64,000 nucleotides of DNA from the NCBI GenBank assembly GCA_044220955.1, contig JBGAQA010000007.1, forward strand, positions 65,402 to 129,401, in the 5' to 3' direction. Below, in pieces: positions 1 through 9,998 of the stretch. The notes beneath the pieces were generated by a model. It searched no databases and had not been told where the DNA came from. It was given only the letters and a program-made list of their open reading frames with translations. Position 1 is the first letter of the stretch. The number at the start of each line of letters is the position of its first letter. The position numbers and the translations under genes were made by a program. This stretch comes from Sandaracinaceae bacterium. Lineage in GTDB: Bacteria > Myxococcota_A > Polyangia > Polyangiales > Sandaracinaceae.

Positions 1-377
1 GGCGGGTCGTGCAGGAGCACGACGTCGACGAAGTCGCGTCCGAGACGCTCGAGGCTCAGCTCGATCGCTCCGGCGATCGCGATCGCGTCGAATTGCGCCA
101 TCACGCGGTCGCCGCTCTCGACCTGCCCCACACGGGTCACGAGGACCGCGTCCGCCAGGTTCTTCCCGAGCGCCTTCGCCGTCACGGTCTCGCTCGCCCC
201 GTGACCCCAGAGCGGGGCGAGGTCGTAGGTCGTGACCCCGGCCTCCCATGCAGCCCGCACCGTGTCCTCGAAGCGCTCTTCGCGCACCGGCCCGTACGCT
301 CCGCTCGCGAGACCCCACGTGCCGAGCGCGATCTCGGACACCCGCACCTCCGTGCGACCCAGGTAGCGCGTCTGCAT
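1..377 (-). CDS. Aldo/keto reductase (runs off the window edge)
   Basis: Not in the ORF track. Manual translation from the ATG at 377 gives MQTRYLGRTEVRVSEIALGTWGL...GVTTYDLAPLWGHG, a typical AKR N-terminus, although W sits at the usual catalytic Tyr of DxAxxY. Confidence 0.8.
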   Translation of the reverse strand, partial: MQTRYLGRTEVRVSEIALGTWGLASGAYGPVREERFEDTVRAAWEAGVTTYDLAPLWGHGASETVTAKALGKNLADAVLVTRVGQVESGDRVMAQFDAIAIAGAIELSLERLGRDFVDVVLLHDP

Positions 378-436
378 GGGGCCTCGTGTCTGTCTGACCG
401 TGCGCGCTGGCGCAAGTCGGACTAAGGCTCCGGCCC

Positions 437-1786
437 GTGTCCCCCGATCTGCCGGGCTTGCTCTCGTGCCATTCGGCCGATGCGCTCGTCGCGACCGGCT
501 CGGTGCCGCGCACGGCCCGCGAGCTGCTGCGCGACGTCGAGGCGATCGCGCGGGCCCTGCCGGCGGACATCGCGGGGCGTGAGGTCGTGCTCGTCGCGGA
601 GGACCGGTATCTCTTCGCCGCGGCGCTCGTCGCGTGCACGTTGCGCGGCGCGATCGCGGCGCTGCCGCCCAGCGCCCAGCCGGAGATGATCGTCGAGATG
701 CGGTATCGCGAGAACGTCGCGACCGTCTTGCACGACCGGCCCGGAATGCTCGGTATCGACCTCGGCGCCATCGTCCACGACGTGGCGGGCGCGCCTTGTC
801 CGTCGTTCGTGCCGCTGCCGCCGCTCGATGCCCGCCTCGCGATCGTCGACGTCTACACCAGCGGCACCACCGGAACGCCGATGCGCTGCCCGAAGACGGC
901 GGGCCAGCTCGTCCGAGAAGCGGGCGTTCTACGCTCGATGTTCGGCATCGCGCCCGGGACCGCGATCCTCGCGACCGTGCCGCCCCACCACGTCTACGGC
1001 CTGCTCTTCGGCGTGCTCCTACCGCTCGTCTCCGGCGCTTCGTTCACACGCGAGACGGTGCTGCACGGTGAGCCGCTCGCGGCGCTCGCCCGCCGCGATC
1101 GCGCGCGCGTGCTCGTCAGCGTCCCGGCGCACCTGCGCGCGCTCCGCTCGCTCGATCCCGGGTCGATGCCGCCGCTCGATCGCGTGTTCTCGTCCGGCGC
1201 TCCGCTCCCGCGCGAGACCTACGACGATCTCGCGGCGCGCTTCGGCTGGAGGGTGATCTCGGCCTACGGCAGCTCGGAGACGGGAGGCATCGGCTACCGT
1301 GATCACCCCGACGCCCCCTGGACGCTCTTCACGGGAGTGCGCATCGAGATCGGAGACGACGAGCGCCTGCTCGTCGACTCGCCATTCGTCGACCCCGCGG
1401 CGGCGCGGCCGTTCGCGACCGGCGATCGCGTCGAGCGATCTGGCGAGCGGGGCTTCCGGCTCCTCGGGCGCGTCGACGGCGTGCTGAAGATCGGGGGCAC
1501 TCGCGTGTCGGTGGCCGAGCTCGAGCATCGCCTGCTGGCCGTGCCCGGCATCGAGGATGCAGCCATCCTCCCCGTCGAGGTCGGCGGGCCACGCGGCACC
1601 GAGGTCTGGGCGGTCGTCGTGTCGAAGGTCCACCGCGACGCGCAGAGCGTCCGCGCTGCGCTGCTTCCGCACCTCGAGCCCGTCGTTCTTCCTCGCCGAG
1701 TCCGCGTGGTCGCCGCCCTGCCTCGCGACGGGAGCGGGAAGCTCCGTCGCGCGGATCTGCGCGCGCTCTTCGACTCGAGGCGGTGA
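437..1786 (+). CDS. AMP-binding acyl-CoA/acyl-ACP ligase (ANL family)
   Basis: Motifs YTSGTTG, YGSSETGG, TGD, GRVDGVLKIGG, LPRDGSGKL. Confidence 0.85.
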   Translation: MSPDLPGLLSCHSADALVATGSVPRTARELLRDVEAIARALPADIAGREVVLVAEDRYLFAAALVACTLRGAIAALPPSAQPEMIVEMRYRENVATVLHDRPGMLGIDLGAIVHDVAGAPCPSFVPLPPLDARLAIVDVYTSGTTGTPMRCPKTAGQLVREAGVLRSMFGIAPGTAILATVPPHHVYGLLFGVLLPLVSGASFTRETVLHGEPLAALARRDRARVLVSVPAHLRALRSLDPGSMPPLDRVFSSGAPLPRETYDDLAARFGWRVISAYGSSETGGIGYRDHPDAPWTLFTGVRIEIGDDERLLVDSPFVDPAAARPFATGDRVERSGERGFRLLGRVDGVLKIGGTRVSVAELEHRLLAVPGIEDAAILPVEVGGPRGTEVWAVVVSKVHRDAQSVRAALLPHLEPVVLPRRVRVVAALPRDGSGKLRRADLRALFDSRR

Positions 1787-1828
1787 CGCCGCCATGTAGC
1801 CGACGAGCGCCGCCGTCGCGACCCGCGG

Positions 1829-1880
1829 CCGTCACATGCATGTCACGCAGAGCCCCCGTGGCGTGACGCGTCCGTGATGC
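1829..1880. promoter_or_regulatory. Putative Pho box(es)
   Basis: GTCAC at 1831 and 1842 (11-bp period); opposite-strand pair GTGAC/GTGAT at 1863 and 1874 (11-bp period); upstream of the DUF2490-pst cluster. Confidence 0.55.
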
Positions 1881-1995
1881 AAATGGCCGAATTGTCACCC
1901 GAACACAGGCCCTGTCGCCCTCGGTGACGAAGTTCCCTTCCTGTCGCACGCGTACGTGACGACGGCTGCTAAACGGTGCCGCGACGGAGACACCG

Positions 1996-2799
1996 ATGCG
2001 TCACGCGTTCGCCCTCGTCATCGTGCTCGTGCTCGGACTCGCGCACGCACCCTCGCCCGCATCGGCGCAGTCGCAGGACTTCACGCACGACGGGCGCATC
2101 TGGACGGCCTTCAACTTCCAGGGGCCGATCGTCGGTGACCTGTTCTTCATCGGCGACCTCGGCTGGCGGATGTACCTCGGGGACATCGCCCCGATGACCC
2201 CGCAGCAGCCGATCGCCCGGGGCGCTCTCGCCTGGCGCTTCTTCAGCCAGCCCGAGCTCGGCACGATGTACGCCGCCCTCGGGTACGCGTGGCAGCCGAA
2301 CTGGGGGCGCCCGGGCCTCGTCGGCTTCACGGACGAGCACCGAACGTACGCCGCGTTTCACTGGGACTACACCCACCAGGAGACGGGGATCCGCCTCTCG
2401 TTCCGGTTCCGCGTCGAAGCGCGCTTCCGCCACCCCGATCAGGGCCTCGAGGTCGGCGTTCGGTTCCGCGAGCAGGCGCGCTTGCTCGTCCCGCTCGAGA
2501 ACAGCCGCGTGCTCTTCCTGGTGTTCTGGGACGAGCTCTTCGAGAACCCGCACGACAGCGGTCACACCGCGTACACGGGCGTTTCGATGGGCATGCAGAC
2601 CACGCTCTACACCTCGACGTGGCAGAACGCCGGCTTCGACCAGAACCGCGCCTTCCTCGGCCTCGGCGTGCAGGTCATCCCGAGCGTCTTCCGGGTCGAG
2701 GCGGGCTACCTGAACCAGTGGGTGCGCCGCCCGGCCAACACGGCCGGCGACGCGATGAACCACGTGTTCATGCTCCAGACGTATGTGAACTGGAGCTGA
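1996..2799 (+). CDS. DUF2490-like outer-membrane beta-barrel protein
   Basis: Signal peptide, alternating aromatic beta-strands, RFRVEARF, WDELF, GFDQNRAFLGLG, EAGYLNQ. Confidence 0.75.
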   Translation: MRHAFALVIVLVLGLAHAPSPASAQSQDFTHDGRIWTAFNFQGPIVGDLFFIGDLGWRMYLGDIAPMTPQQPIARGALAWRFFSQPELGTMYAALGYAWQPNWGRPGLVGFTDEHRTYAAFHWDYTHQETGIRLSFRFRVEARFRHPDQGLEVGVRFREQARLLVPLENSRVLFLVFWDELFENPHDSGHTAYTGVSMGMQTTLYTSTWQNAGFDQNRAFLGLGVQVIPSVFRVEAGYLNQWVRRPANTAGDAMNHVFMLQTYVNWS

Positions 2800-2805
2800 A
2801 CCGCG

Positions 2806-2825
2806 AAGTCACGAGCGCGTCACGC
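2806..2825 (+). promoter_or_regulatory. Putative Pho box upstream of pstS
   Basis: GTCAC at 2808 and 2819 (11-bp period), about 50 bp before the pstS ATG. Confidence 0.55.
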
Positions 2826-2869
2826 GAGCGCGATATGTCCCGGCACAGCCGAGCGAGGAGCGAGTAGCG

Positions 2870-3862
2870 ATGAGGAAGATGCACCACCGTCTGGGAGGGA
2901 GCGCCGCCGTCTCGGCGCTCGTGGCAGCGATCGCGGTCGCGTGCAGCGGCGGCCACGGCCGCGGCAGCGAGGGGCCGCCGGAGGCCACAGGCACGGGCGC
3001 GACCGGGGCCACGAGCGCGCGCGGAGCCACGCTGAGCCTGAAGGGCTCGGACACGATGGTGATCCTCGCGCAGCGCTTCGCCGAGGGATACATGCACGCG
3101 CACGAGGGCACGACGATCCAGGTGTCGGGCGGCGGCTCCGGCACTGGCATCGCGGCGCTCCTCGACGGGACCACCGACATCGCCGACTCGAGCCGCCCCA
3201 TCAGCGAGCGCGAGACCTCCGATCTGGCGACGCGTCAGCACGCGGCGCCCCACGAGACCCGCGTCGCGATCGACGCCCTGGCCGTCTACGTCCACCAGTC
3301 GTCCACGCTACAGAGCCTCACGATGGAGCAGCTCGCGCAGATCTTCACGGGCGCCGTGACCAACTGGTCCGCCGTGGGCGGCCCCGACGCCCCGATCGTC
3401 CTCTACAGCCGCGAGAACAACTCCGGGACGTACGCGTACTTCAAGGAGCACGTTCTCCACAACGCCGACTTCGCGGCGCAGGCGCAGACGCTCCCCGGGA
3501 CCGCCGCGGTGATCAACGCCGTGAGCCACGATCCCAACGGTATCGGCTACGGCGGCATCGGCTACGCCGAGGGCGTACGCGTGCTCGCGATCGCCAGCGG
3601 CGGCGATCCGATCGCTCCGACCATGGAGAACGCGCTCAGCGGCGCGTACCCGATCTCGCGCTACCTGCTGATGTACACCGCCGGTGAGCCCAGCGGGCTC
3701 GCCGCCGACTTCCTCGCGTGGGTCGTGACCGCCGACGGTCAGGCGCTCGTCGAGGAGGCGGGGTACTACCCGCTCCCGCGCGACGGCACGCTGCCCGCCG
3801 TCGCGCCGGCGGCCCCCACGGGGCCGACGCCTCCGCCGCCCTCCGGGGGCGCCGAGTCTTGA
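2870..3862 (+). CDS. pstS: Phosphate ABC transporter substrate-binding lipoprotein
   Basis: Lipobox AVAC; KGSDT, GGGSGTG, SRENNSGT, YPISR; first of four pst genes. Confidence 0.95.
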   Translation: MRKMHHRLGGSAAVSALVAAIAVACSGGHGRGSEGPPEATGTGATGATSARGATLSLKGSDTMVILAQRFAEGYMHAHEGTTIQVSGGGSGTGIAALLDGTTDIADSSRPISERETSDLATRQHAAPHETRVAIDALAVYVHQSSTLQSLTMEQLAQIFTGAVTNWSAVGGPDAPIVLYSRENNSGTYAYFKEHVLHNADFAAQAQTLPGTAAVINAVSHDPNGIGYGGIGYAEGVRVLAIASGGDPIAPTMENALSGAYPISRYLLMYTAGEPSGLAADFLAWVVTADGQALVEEAGYYPLPRDGTLPAVAPAAPTGPTPPPPSGGAES

Positions 3863-4902
3863 CTCCCGGGGGCGAGGCAGGCGCCGAGGCCCCGATCGCA
3901 GCGCCGTCTGCGACGTCGGCCCCCGCGCGCGCGCCTCGTCCAAAGCTCGGCACCGGCTTCCGCGCGCCCCTCGTCGACCGGATCGCGGAGGCGTTGATCC
4001 GCGTCCTGGCGTTCACCGCCGTCGCAGCCATCGTCCTCATCTTCGTTTTCATCGCAAAAGAGGCGCTCCCGCTCTTCTGGGAGCCCGACGCGCAGGAGCA
4101 CATCGGGGGACTCTCGGGACTCGTGCTCCCGCGCGTGTGGCCCGGGCACACGGAGTCCGCGTACCTCTGGCAGCCCGTCGGCGACGTGGCGAAGATGAAC
4201 GTCGTTCCGCTCTTCCTCGGCACGCTCCGCGTGACGACCCTGGCGCTGCTCATCGCCGTCCCGCTCGCGATCCTGGCGGCCATCTACGTCTCCCAGTACG
4301 CACCGGTTCGCCTGCGCGAGATCCTCAAGCCCGCGATCGAGCTGCTCGCGAGCATCCCGAGCGTCGTGCTCGGGTTCTTCTCGCTGATCGTGGTCGCGAC
4401 GCTCGTCCAGGACGTCTTCGGCTTGACCTACCGTCTCAACGCGCTCGTGGCCGCGATCGGCTTGTCGATGGCCGTGATCCCGCTGGTCTTCACCATCGCC
4501 GAGGATGCCCTGCGCGCCGTCCCGCGCGAGCTCGAAGCTGCCGCGCTCGCGCTCGGAGCTCGAAAGCACCAGGTCGTCCTGCGGGTCGTGCTCCCCGCAG
4601 CGCTGCCGGGCATCGCGGCCGCCGTGATCCTCGGGCTCGGTCGGGCGATCGGCGAGACGATGGTCGTGCTCATGGCATCCGGGAACGCCGCCGTCATGGA
4701 CGTGATCTCGCCAGGGGCCAGCGCGCGCACCGTCACCGCCACCATCGCCTCCGAGCTCGGCGAGGTCACCCAGGGCGACGCCCACTGGCGCGTGCTCTTC
4801 TTGCTCGGCGCCGTCCTGTTCCTCGTGACCTTCGTGCTCAACCGCGCCGGCGCGGTCATCGTCGAGCGGCTGCACCAGCACCTCACGGCGGGACGTCGCT
4901 GA
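3859..4902 (+). CDS. pstC: Phosphate ABC transporter permease
   Basis: ELLASIPSVV, GRAIGETM. In-frame TTG start overlapping the pstS stop (start inferred). Confidence 0.92.
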   Translation: MTPGGEAGAEAPIAAPSATSAPARAPRPKLGTGFRAPLVDRIAEALIRVLAFTAVAAIVLIFVFIAKEALPLFWEPDAQEHIGGLSGLVLPRVWPGHTESAYLWQPVGDVAKMNVVPLFLGTLRVTTLALLIAVPLAILAAIYVSQYAPVRLREILKPAIELLASIPSVVLGFFSLIVVATLVQDVFGLTYRLNALVAAIGLSMAVIPLVFTIAEDALRAVPRELEAAALALGARKHQVVLRVVLPAALPGIAAAVILGLGRAIGETMVVLMASGNAAVMDVISPGASARTVTATIASELGEVTQGDAHWRVLFLLGAVLFLVTFVLNRAGAVIVERLHQHLTAGRR

Positions 4903-4903
4903 C

Positions 4904-5806
4904 GTGCGCTACACGAGCGCGGACTGGATCCTGGCGGGGCTCTCGCTCCTCGCCGTGGTGATCATCCTCGGCACGACGGGTGTGCTGCTCGGCCAGGTGA
5001 TCGTCGAGGGGGCGCCGCACCTCTCCGCGACGTTCCTCACCGAGTCTCCGACCGCCGACATGATGGGCGGCGGCATCTTCCCGGCGATCTACGGGACGGT
5101 CTTGCTGACGCTCCTGATGACCCTGGTCGGGGTGCCGATCGGAGTCGCCACGGGGATCTACCTCGGCGAGTACGCGTCACCGCGCTCTGCGATCGCGTCG
5201 ACGATCCGGGCGGCCGTCCAGAACCTCGCCGGGGTGCCCTCCATCGTGTTCGGCCTCTTCGGGCTGGGGTTCTTCGTGATGTTCGTCGGACGAGGGCTCG
5301 ATGGGCTCCTGTATCTCCCGGGCGAGGGCCCGGTGTGGGGCCAGCCGGCCGTGATCTGGTCGTCGCTGACGCTCGCGGTGCTGACGCTGCCCGTCGTCAT
5401 CGTCACGACGGAAGAAGCGCTCCGGAACGTCCCGCGCGATCTGCGGCTGGCGGCGCTGGGTCTGGGTGCCACGCGCTTCCAGACGCTCGTCCGTGTCGTG
5501 TTGCCCAACGCATCGAGCGGCATCCTCACGGGCGTCATCCTCGCCGTGAGCCGGGGCGCCGGCGAGGTGGCCCCGATCATCTTCACGGGTGCCGCGAACT
5601 TCCTGCCCTATCTGCCGACGGATCTGCGCGACATGTACATGCACCTGGGCTATCACGTGTTCGCGCTCTCGACGCAGAGCCCCAACGTGGACCAAGCCCG
5701 TCCGGTCCTCTTCGCCACCGTCACGGTGCTGCTCGTGCTCACGTTCTCGCTGAATCTGGTCGCGGTCGTCTTGCGCAGCCGTACCCGCGCGAAGTACGCA
5801 GCGTGA
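4904..5806 (+). CDS. pstA: Phosphate ABC transporter permease
   Basis: GGIFPAIYGT, NLAGVPSIVFGLFG, TEEALRNVP, RGAGEVAP. Confidence 0.95.
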   Translation: MRYTSADWILAGLSLLAVVIILGTTGVLLGQVIVEGAPHLSATFLTESPTADMMGGGIFPAIYGTVLLTLLMTLVGVPIGVATGIYLGEYASPRSAIASTIRAAVQNLAGVPSIVFGLFGLGFFVMFVGRGLDGLLYLPGEGPVWGQPAVIWSSLTLAVLTLPVVIVTTEEALRNVPRDLRLAALGLGATRFQTLVRVVLPNASSGILTGVILAVSRGAGEVAPIIFTGAANFLPYLPTDLRDMYMHLGYHVFALSTQSPNVDQARPVLFATVTVLLVLTFSLNLVAVVLRSRTRAKYAA

Positions 5807-5809
5807 CGG

Positions 5810-6589
5810 ATGAACCAGACTCCCCAGACGGCTGCGCCGCTGAAGGTCGAGACGCGTGACGTCAGCGTGTTCTACGGCGACAAGCGCGCGATCTCGAAGG
5901 TCACGCTGCCGATCGGCGAGAACCACGTCACGGCGCTGATCGGCCCGAGTGGCTGTGGCAAGTCGACGTTCCTGCGCTCGCTCAACCGCATGAACGATCT
6001 CGTCGATGGCTGCCGCGTGGAGGGGACGATCCTCCTCGATGGCGAGGACATCTACGCGAGCAAGGTCGATCCGGTCGAGGTGCGTCGTCGGGTGGGCATG
6101 GTGTTCCAGCGCAGCAATCCCTTCCCGAAGAGCGTGTTCGAGAACGTCGCCTTCGGCCTGCGCATCCATGGCGAGAAGCGCGAGTCGGTGCTCGCGGAGG
6201 CGGTCGAGAAGTCGCTCCGCGGCGCCGCGCTCTGGGACGAGGTGAAGGATCGGCTCGACGAGTCGGCCCTCTCGCTCTCGGGGGGTCAGCAGCAGCGTCT
6301 CTGCATCGCGCGCGCGCTCGCCATCGCTCCCGAGGTGATCCTCATGGACGAGCCCGCCTCGGCGCTGGATCCGATCGCGACGGCCCGTATCGAGGAGCTG
6401 ATTCGCGAGCTCAGCGAGAAGTACACGATCATCATCGTCACCCACTCGATGCAACAGGCCGCGCGCGTGAGCGACTTCACCGCCTTCTTCTACATGGGCG
6501 AGCTGATCGAGCACGGCGAGACCAATCAGGTCTTCACGCGGCCGCGCGAACGAAGGACCGAGGACTACATCACCGGCCGATTCGGCTGA
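5810..6589 (+). CDS. pstB: Phosphate ABC transporter ATPase
   Basis: [29 protein letters not shown]-terminal [10 protein letters not shown]. Confidence 0.97.
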   Translation: MNQTPQTAAPLKVETRDVSVFYGDKRAISKVTLPIGENHVTALIGPSGCGKSTFLRSLNRMNDLVDGCRVEGTILLDGEDIYASKVDPVEVRRRVGMVFQRSNPFPKSVFENVAFGLRIHGEKRESVLAEAVEKSLRGAALWDEVKDRLDESALSLSGGQQQRLCIARALAIAPEVILMDEPASALDPIATARIEELIRELSEKYTIIIVTHSMQQAARVSDFTAFFYMGELIEHGETNQVFTRPRERRTEDYITGRFG

Positions 6590-6631
6590 GGCGGATCGGC
6601 CCTCGGGCCAGAGGCCTCAGGCCAAAGGCCC

Positions 6632-7762
6632 TCAGGCCAGCGGGTCGTCCAGCTCCACGTCACGAACGTCGCGCTGGGCCCGGCGCTCGCTCTGCTGTCG
6701 CCGGACGAACTCGACCATCACGTCGACGTAGGTCTCGAAGCGCGGGCACGTCGGTCCGGTCTCTCCGAGGATCTCCCGTGCGCCGCGGTCGTCGTAGTTG
6801 ACCTCGGTCGCGAGCTGCTCGAGGAAAGTCCGCGGCACGTTCGCGAATCGCTCGAGCCCGGGGGTACGCAGGAGCGCGGTCGCGAGGTTGGTCGGCACCG
6901 ATCCACGCGGCGAAGGCCGCCCCGCTGCGTGCGCGATGAGCTGGAAGACCTCACGCGCGGACGAGGGCCTCGGGTCCACGAGGTGGAAGGCGCGCCCGAT
7001 GGCCCGCGGGTCGCGCGCGATCGCGGAGCCAGCATCCACCACGTAGTCGATCGGCACGAGGTTCAGCGGGACGTCGCCGCTACCGGGCAAGGGCACCCGG
7101 AGATCGACCGGCGCGCTCAGCATGAGCATCACGAGCAAGTAGGGTCCCTCGAACCGATCGATCTCGCCCGTCCGCGAGTCACCGACCAGGATCGAGGGCC
7201 GCAGGATCGTGATGGGCAGCGATGCCATGGCATCACGCATCAACCGCTCGCCGCGCGCGCGGGTCTCCTCGACGACGTTGCGGAAGGGGCCCCGCTCGAG
7301 CTCGTCCTCGCGAACGGTCCCTCGACGCTTGCCCGAGACGAGCGCGCTCGACCAGTGGACGAGCCGCTCGAGGTGGGCGGCTTCGCGCCCGAGCTCCAGC
7401 ACCTCGCGGACGCCCTCCACGTTCAGCCGCTCCGCGACGTCGCGCTCGACTCCGAGGTAGGTCGCCGCGGCGCAGTGGTGCACGACGTCCACCTCGCGCG
7501 CGAGCGCGAGGAACTCCCCGCCCGAGAGCCCGAGGTCCATCGACGCGACGTCGCCCTCCAGCGTCCGCACGCGGGCGCGCTGCGCCGGCTCGAGCTGGGC
7601 GAGCAGCTCGCTCGCGCGCTCGACGAACTTCTCCTGCACGAGGCAGCGCAGCTCGGTCCGCGGCTCCTCGTCGAGGATCTTCCGCACCATCCGCACCGCG
7701 AGGAAGCTCGTCGGAAAGCCCGTCACCAGCGTGACCCGTGACATCTCGGCCGACCGCTTCAT
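6632..7762 (-). CDS. Extended SDR / NAD-binding (male-sterility-like) oxidoreductase
   Basis: LVTGFPTSFLA, EGDV, HCAA, NVEG, LRPSILVGDS, NLVPIDYV. The YxxxK position reads VEETR, so it may be atypical or inactive. Confidence 0.8.
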   Translation of the reverse strand: MKRSAEMSRVTLVTGFPTSFLAVRMVRKILDEEPRTELRCLVQEKFVERASELLAQLEPAQRARVRTLEGDVASMDLGLSGGEFLALAREVDVVHHCAAATYLGVERDVAERLNVEGVREVLELGREAAHLERLVHWSSALVSGKRRGTVREDELERGPFRNVVEETRARGERLMRDAMASLPITILRPSILVGDSRTGEIDRFEGPYLLVMLMLSAPVDLRVPLPGSGDVPLNLVPIDYVVDAGSAIARDPRAIGRAFHLVDPRPSSAREVFQLIAHAAGRPSPRGSVPTNLATALLRTPGLERFANVPRTFLEQLATEVNYDDRGAREILGETGPTCPRFETYVDVMVEFVRRQQSERRAQRDVRDVELDDPLA

Positions 7763-7775
7763 CGTGGAGATCCTC

Positions 7776-8384
7776 TCATCCGCCGAAGCGCGCGAGAAGG
7801 GCTGCGTGCACCTCGCGCGTCCGAGCCTCGAGCTCCGCCTCGTCCCCGTCGTTCCAGATCACGTAGTCCGCGACCGCGACCTTCTTCTCGAGAGGGTACT
7901 GCGCGGCCATCCGCGCGCGCGCGGCGGCGGTGTCGAGCCCGTCGCGCGCCGCCACGCGCCGGAGCTGGGTCTGCTCCGAAGCGGCGACGACGACCAGCGC
8001 CTGGAACATCCGGTACGACCCGTTCTCGACGAGCAGCGTGGCCTCGTAGATGGCGAGCGGCTCTCCGCGCGACGCCGCGGCCGCCATGAGCTGCATGCTG
8101 CGCGCGAAGATCCGCGGGTGGGTGATCTGTTCGAGCTGCTTCCGGCAGGCGGCGTCCTCGAACACGATCGCGGCCAGCTTCTTGCGGTCGAGCGAGCCGT
8201 CCGCGTCCAGCACCTCGCTGCCGAACGCGCCCACGATCTCGGCCAGGCCCTCGCTCCCCCGCTCCACGACCTCCCTGGCGACCTCGTCGGCGTCCACCAC
8301 GGTCGCGCCGAGCTTGCCGAACAGCCGGCCGACCGTGCTCTTGCCCGAAGCGATGCCCCCGGTCAGTCCGACGAACGCAGTCAC
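7776..8384 (-). CDS. coaE: Dephospho-CoA kinase
   Basis: VGLTGGIASGKS, DAD, LDRKKL, THPRI. GTG start at 8384 inferred. Confidence 0.95.
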   Translation of the reverse strand: MTAFVGLTGGIASGKSTVGRLFGKLGATVVDADEVAREVVERGSEGLAEIVGAFGSEVLDADGSLDRKKLAAIVFEDAACRKQLEQITHPRIFARSMQLMAAAASRGEPLAIYEATLLVENGSYRMFQALVVVAASEQTQLRRVAARDGLDTAAARARMAAQYPLEKKVAVADYVIWNDGDEAELEARTREVHAALLARFGG

Positions 8385-8427
8385 GCTGCGCTTCCTACCA
8401 CGCGTGCGTCGCGCTACACCGCGCGAC

Positions 8428-8877
8428 GTGCGAGCGGTCGTCCAGCGTGTGCGTAGCGCCTCGGTGGTCGTCGACGGCGAGGTCGTCGGCGCCATCGCGG
8501 GGGGGCTGCTGGTCTACCTCGGCGCCGAGAAGGGCGACGGCGCGCCGGATCTCGACTACCTCGTTCCGAAGGTCGCGAACCTCCGCATCTTCGAGGGCGA
8601 GGACGGCAAGATGACGCGCGCCCTGCTCGACGTCGCGGGCTCTCTGCTCGTCGTCTCGCAGTTCACCCTCTTCGGCGACGTGCGGCGCGGCCGGCGCCCC
8701 TCGTTCGACGACGCCGCGCCCCCGGCGGACGCCGAGCGCCTCTACGACGACGCCTGCGCGCGCCTTCGCGCCCTCGGGCTGCGGGTGGCGACGGGCCGGT
8801 TTCGCGCGCACATGATCGTGCGGAGCGAGGGGGACGGCCCGGTGACCATCCTCATCGACAGCCGCAAGCGCTTCTGA
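8428..8877 (+). CDS. dtd: D-aminoacyl-tRNA deacylase
   Basis: MRAVVQRV, NLRIF, VSQFTL, GRRPSF, DGPVT. GTG start at 8428. Confidence 0.96.
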   Translation: MRAVVQRVRSASVVVDGEVVGAIAGGLLVYLGAEKGDGAPDLDYLVPKVANLRIFEGEDGKMTRALLDVAGSLLVVSQFTLFGDVRRGRRPSFDDAAPPADAERLYDDACARLRALGLRVATGRFRAHMIVRSEGDGPVTILIDSRKRF

Positions 8878-8884
8878 GGCTCCC

Positions 8885-9922
8885 ATGTCGATTCGTTACG
8901 AGATTCGCGCCGCGACGTCCGCCGACCATGCGGACCTGCTGGAGCTCGCCCGCTACCTCGACTCGGTGAACCTGCCGAACGACGCGGCGACGATCGCCCA
9001 GATCCTCGATCTGTCGGAGCGCAGCTTCAACGGCGAGATCGGCGACCCGCGCCGCGCCGAGTACGTGTTCGTTCTGCGCGATCTCGAGGCCAAGCGTGCG
9101 GTCGGGACCTCGATGGTCATCGGGCAGCTCGGTCGCCGCGACGCGCCCTACATCTACTTCGACGTCCACACCGAGGAGCGATACTCGCAGACGCTCGATC
9201 GGCACTTCAGCCACGAGGTCCTCTCGATCGGGTACTCGTACAACGGCCCGACGGAGATCGGTGGCCTGGTCGTGCACCCCGACGCCCGCCGCGCGCCGGA
9301 GCACCTCGGCATGCTCATCTCGTACGTGCGCTTCCTGTGGATCGCCGCGCACCGCGACCTCTGCCAGCCGCGCGTCCTCGCCGAGCTCCTGCCGCCGCTC
9401 GAGCCGGATGGCACTTCCCACCTCTGGGAGGCCGTAGGACGCCATTTCACCGGCCTGACCTACCGCGAGGCCGACCGTCTCTCGAAGAAGAACAAGGAGT
9501 TCATCCGGGGCCTGTTCCCGGACGGCGACATCTACGCCTCCCTCCTCGGACCCGAGGCCCGCGCGGTGATCGGGAAGGTCGGCAGCCAGACCCGCGGCGT
9601 CGAGAAGCTCCTGAAACGAATCGGATTCCGCTACTGGGATCGCGTCGACCCCTTCGATGGCGGCCCCCATTTCGTCGCCCAGGCCGACGAGGTGACCCTC
9701 GTCCAGCGGACGCTCCGCGTCCAGGCGAGGGCCGCGGGTGCGGACCTCCGCTCGGCGCCGCGCTGTCTGCTGGCCATCGAGCACGAGGGGGCGCCGTTTT
9801 TCCGTGCAATTCCGACGCCCTTTCGGCCTCTGTCGCCCTCGACCATCGAGGTGCCGCGCGACGCGCTCGCGCACCTCGGACTCGCCTCCGGCGCCGCTGC
9901 GATCTCCCTCCCCCTCGATTGA
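8885..9922 (+). CDS. astA: Arginine N-succinyltransferase
   Basis: NLPND, YVFVL, GPTEIGGL, VLAELL, SHLWEAVGRHF, VIGKV, VDPFDGGP. Confidence 0.9.
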   Translation: MSIRYEIRAATSADHADLLELARYLDSVNLPNDAATIAQILDLSERSFNGEIGDPRRAEYVFVLRDLEAKRAVGTSMVIGQLGRRDAPYIYFDVHTEERYSQTLDRHFSHEVLSIGYSYNGPTEIGGLVVHPDARRAPEHLGMLISYVRFLWIAAHRDLCQPRVLAELLPPLEPDGTSHLWEAVGRHFTGLTYREADRLSKKNKEFIRGLFPDGDIYASLLGPEARAVIGKVGSQTRGVEKLLKRIGFRYWDRVDPFDGGPHFVAQADEVTLVQRTLRVQARAAGADLRSAPRCLLAIEHEGAPFFRAIPTPFRPLSPSTIEVPRDALAHLGLASGAAAISLPLD

Positions 9923-9998
9923 GCAGGTGCGCGGTCGCGGTTTCGCGCCTATTTCCCGCTCGTTCTCGAGCAGTGGCGCGATTTTTCGGCTCACGCGT

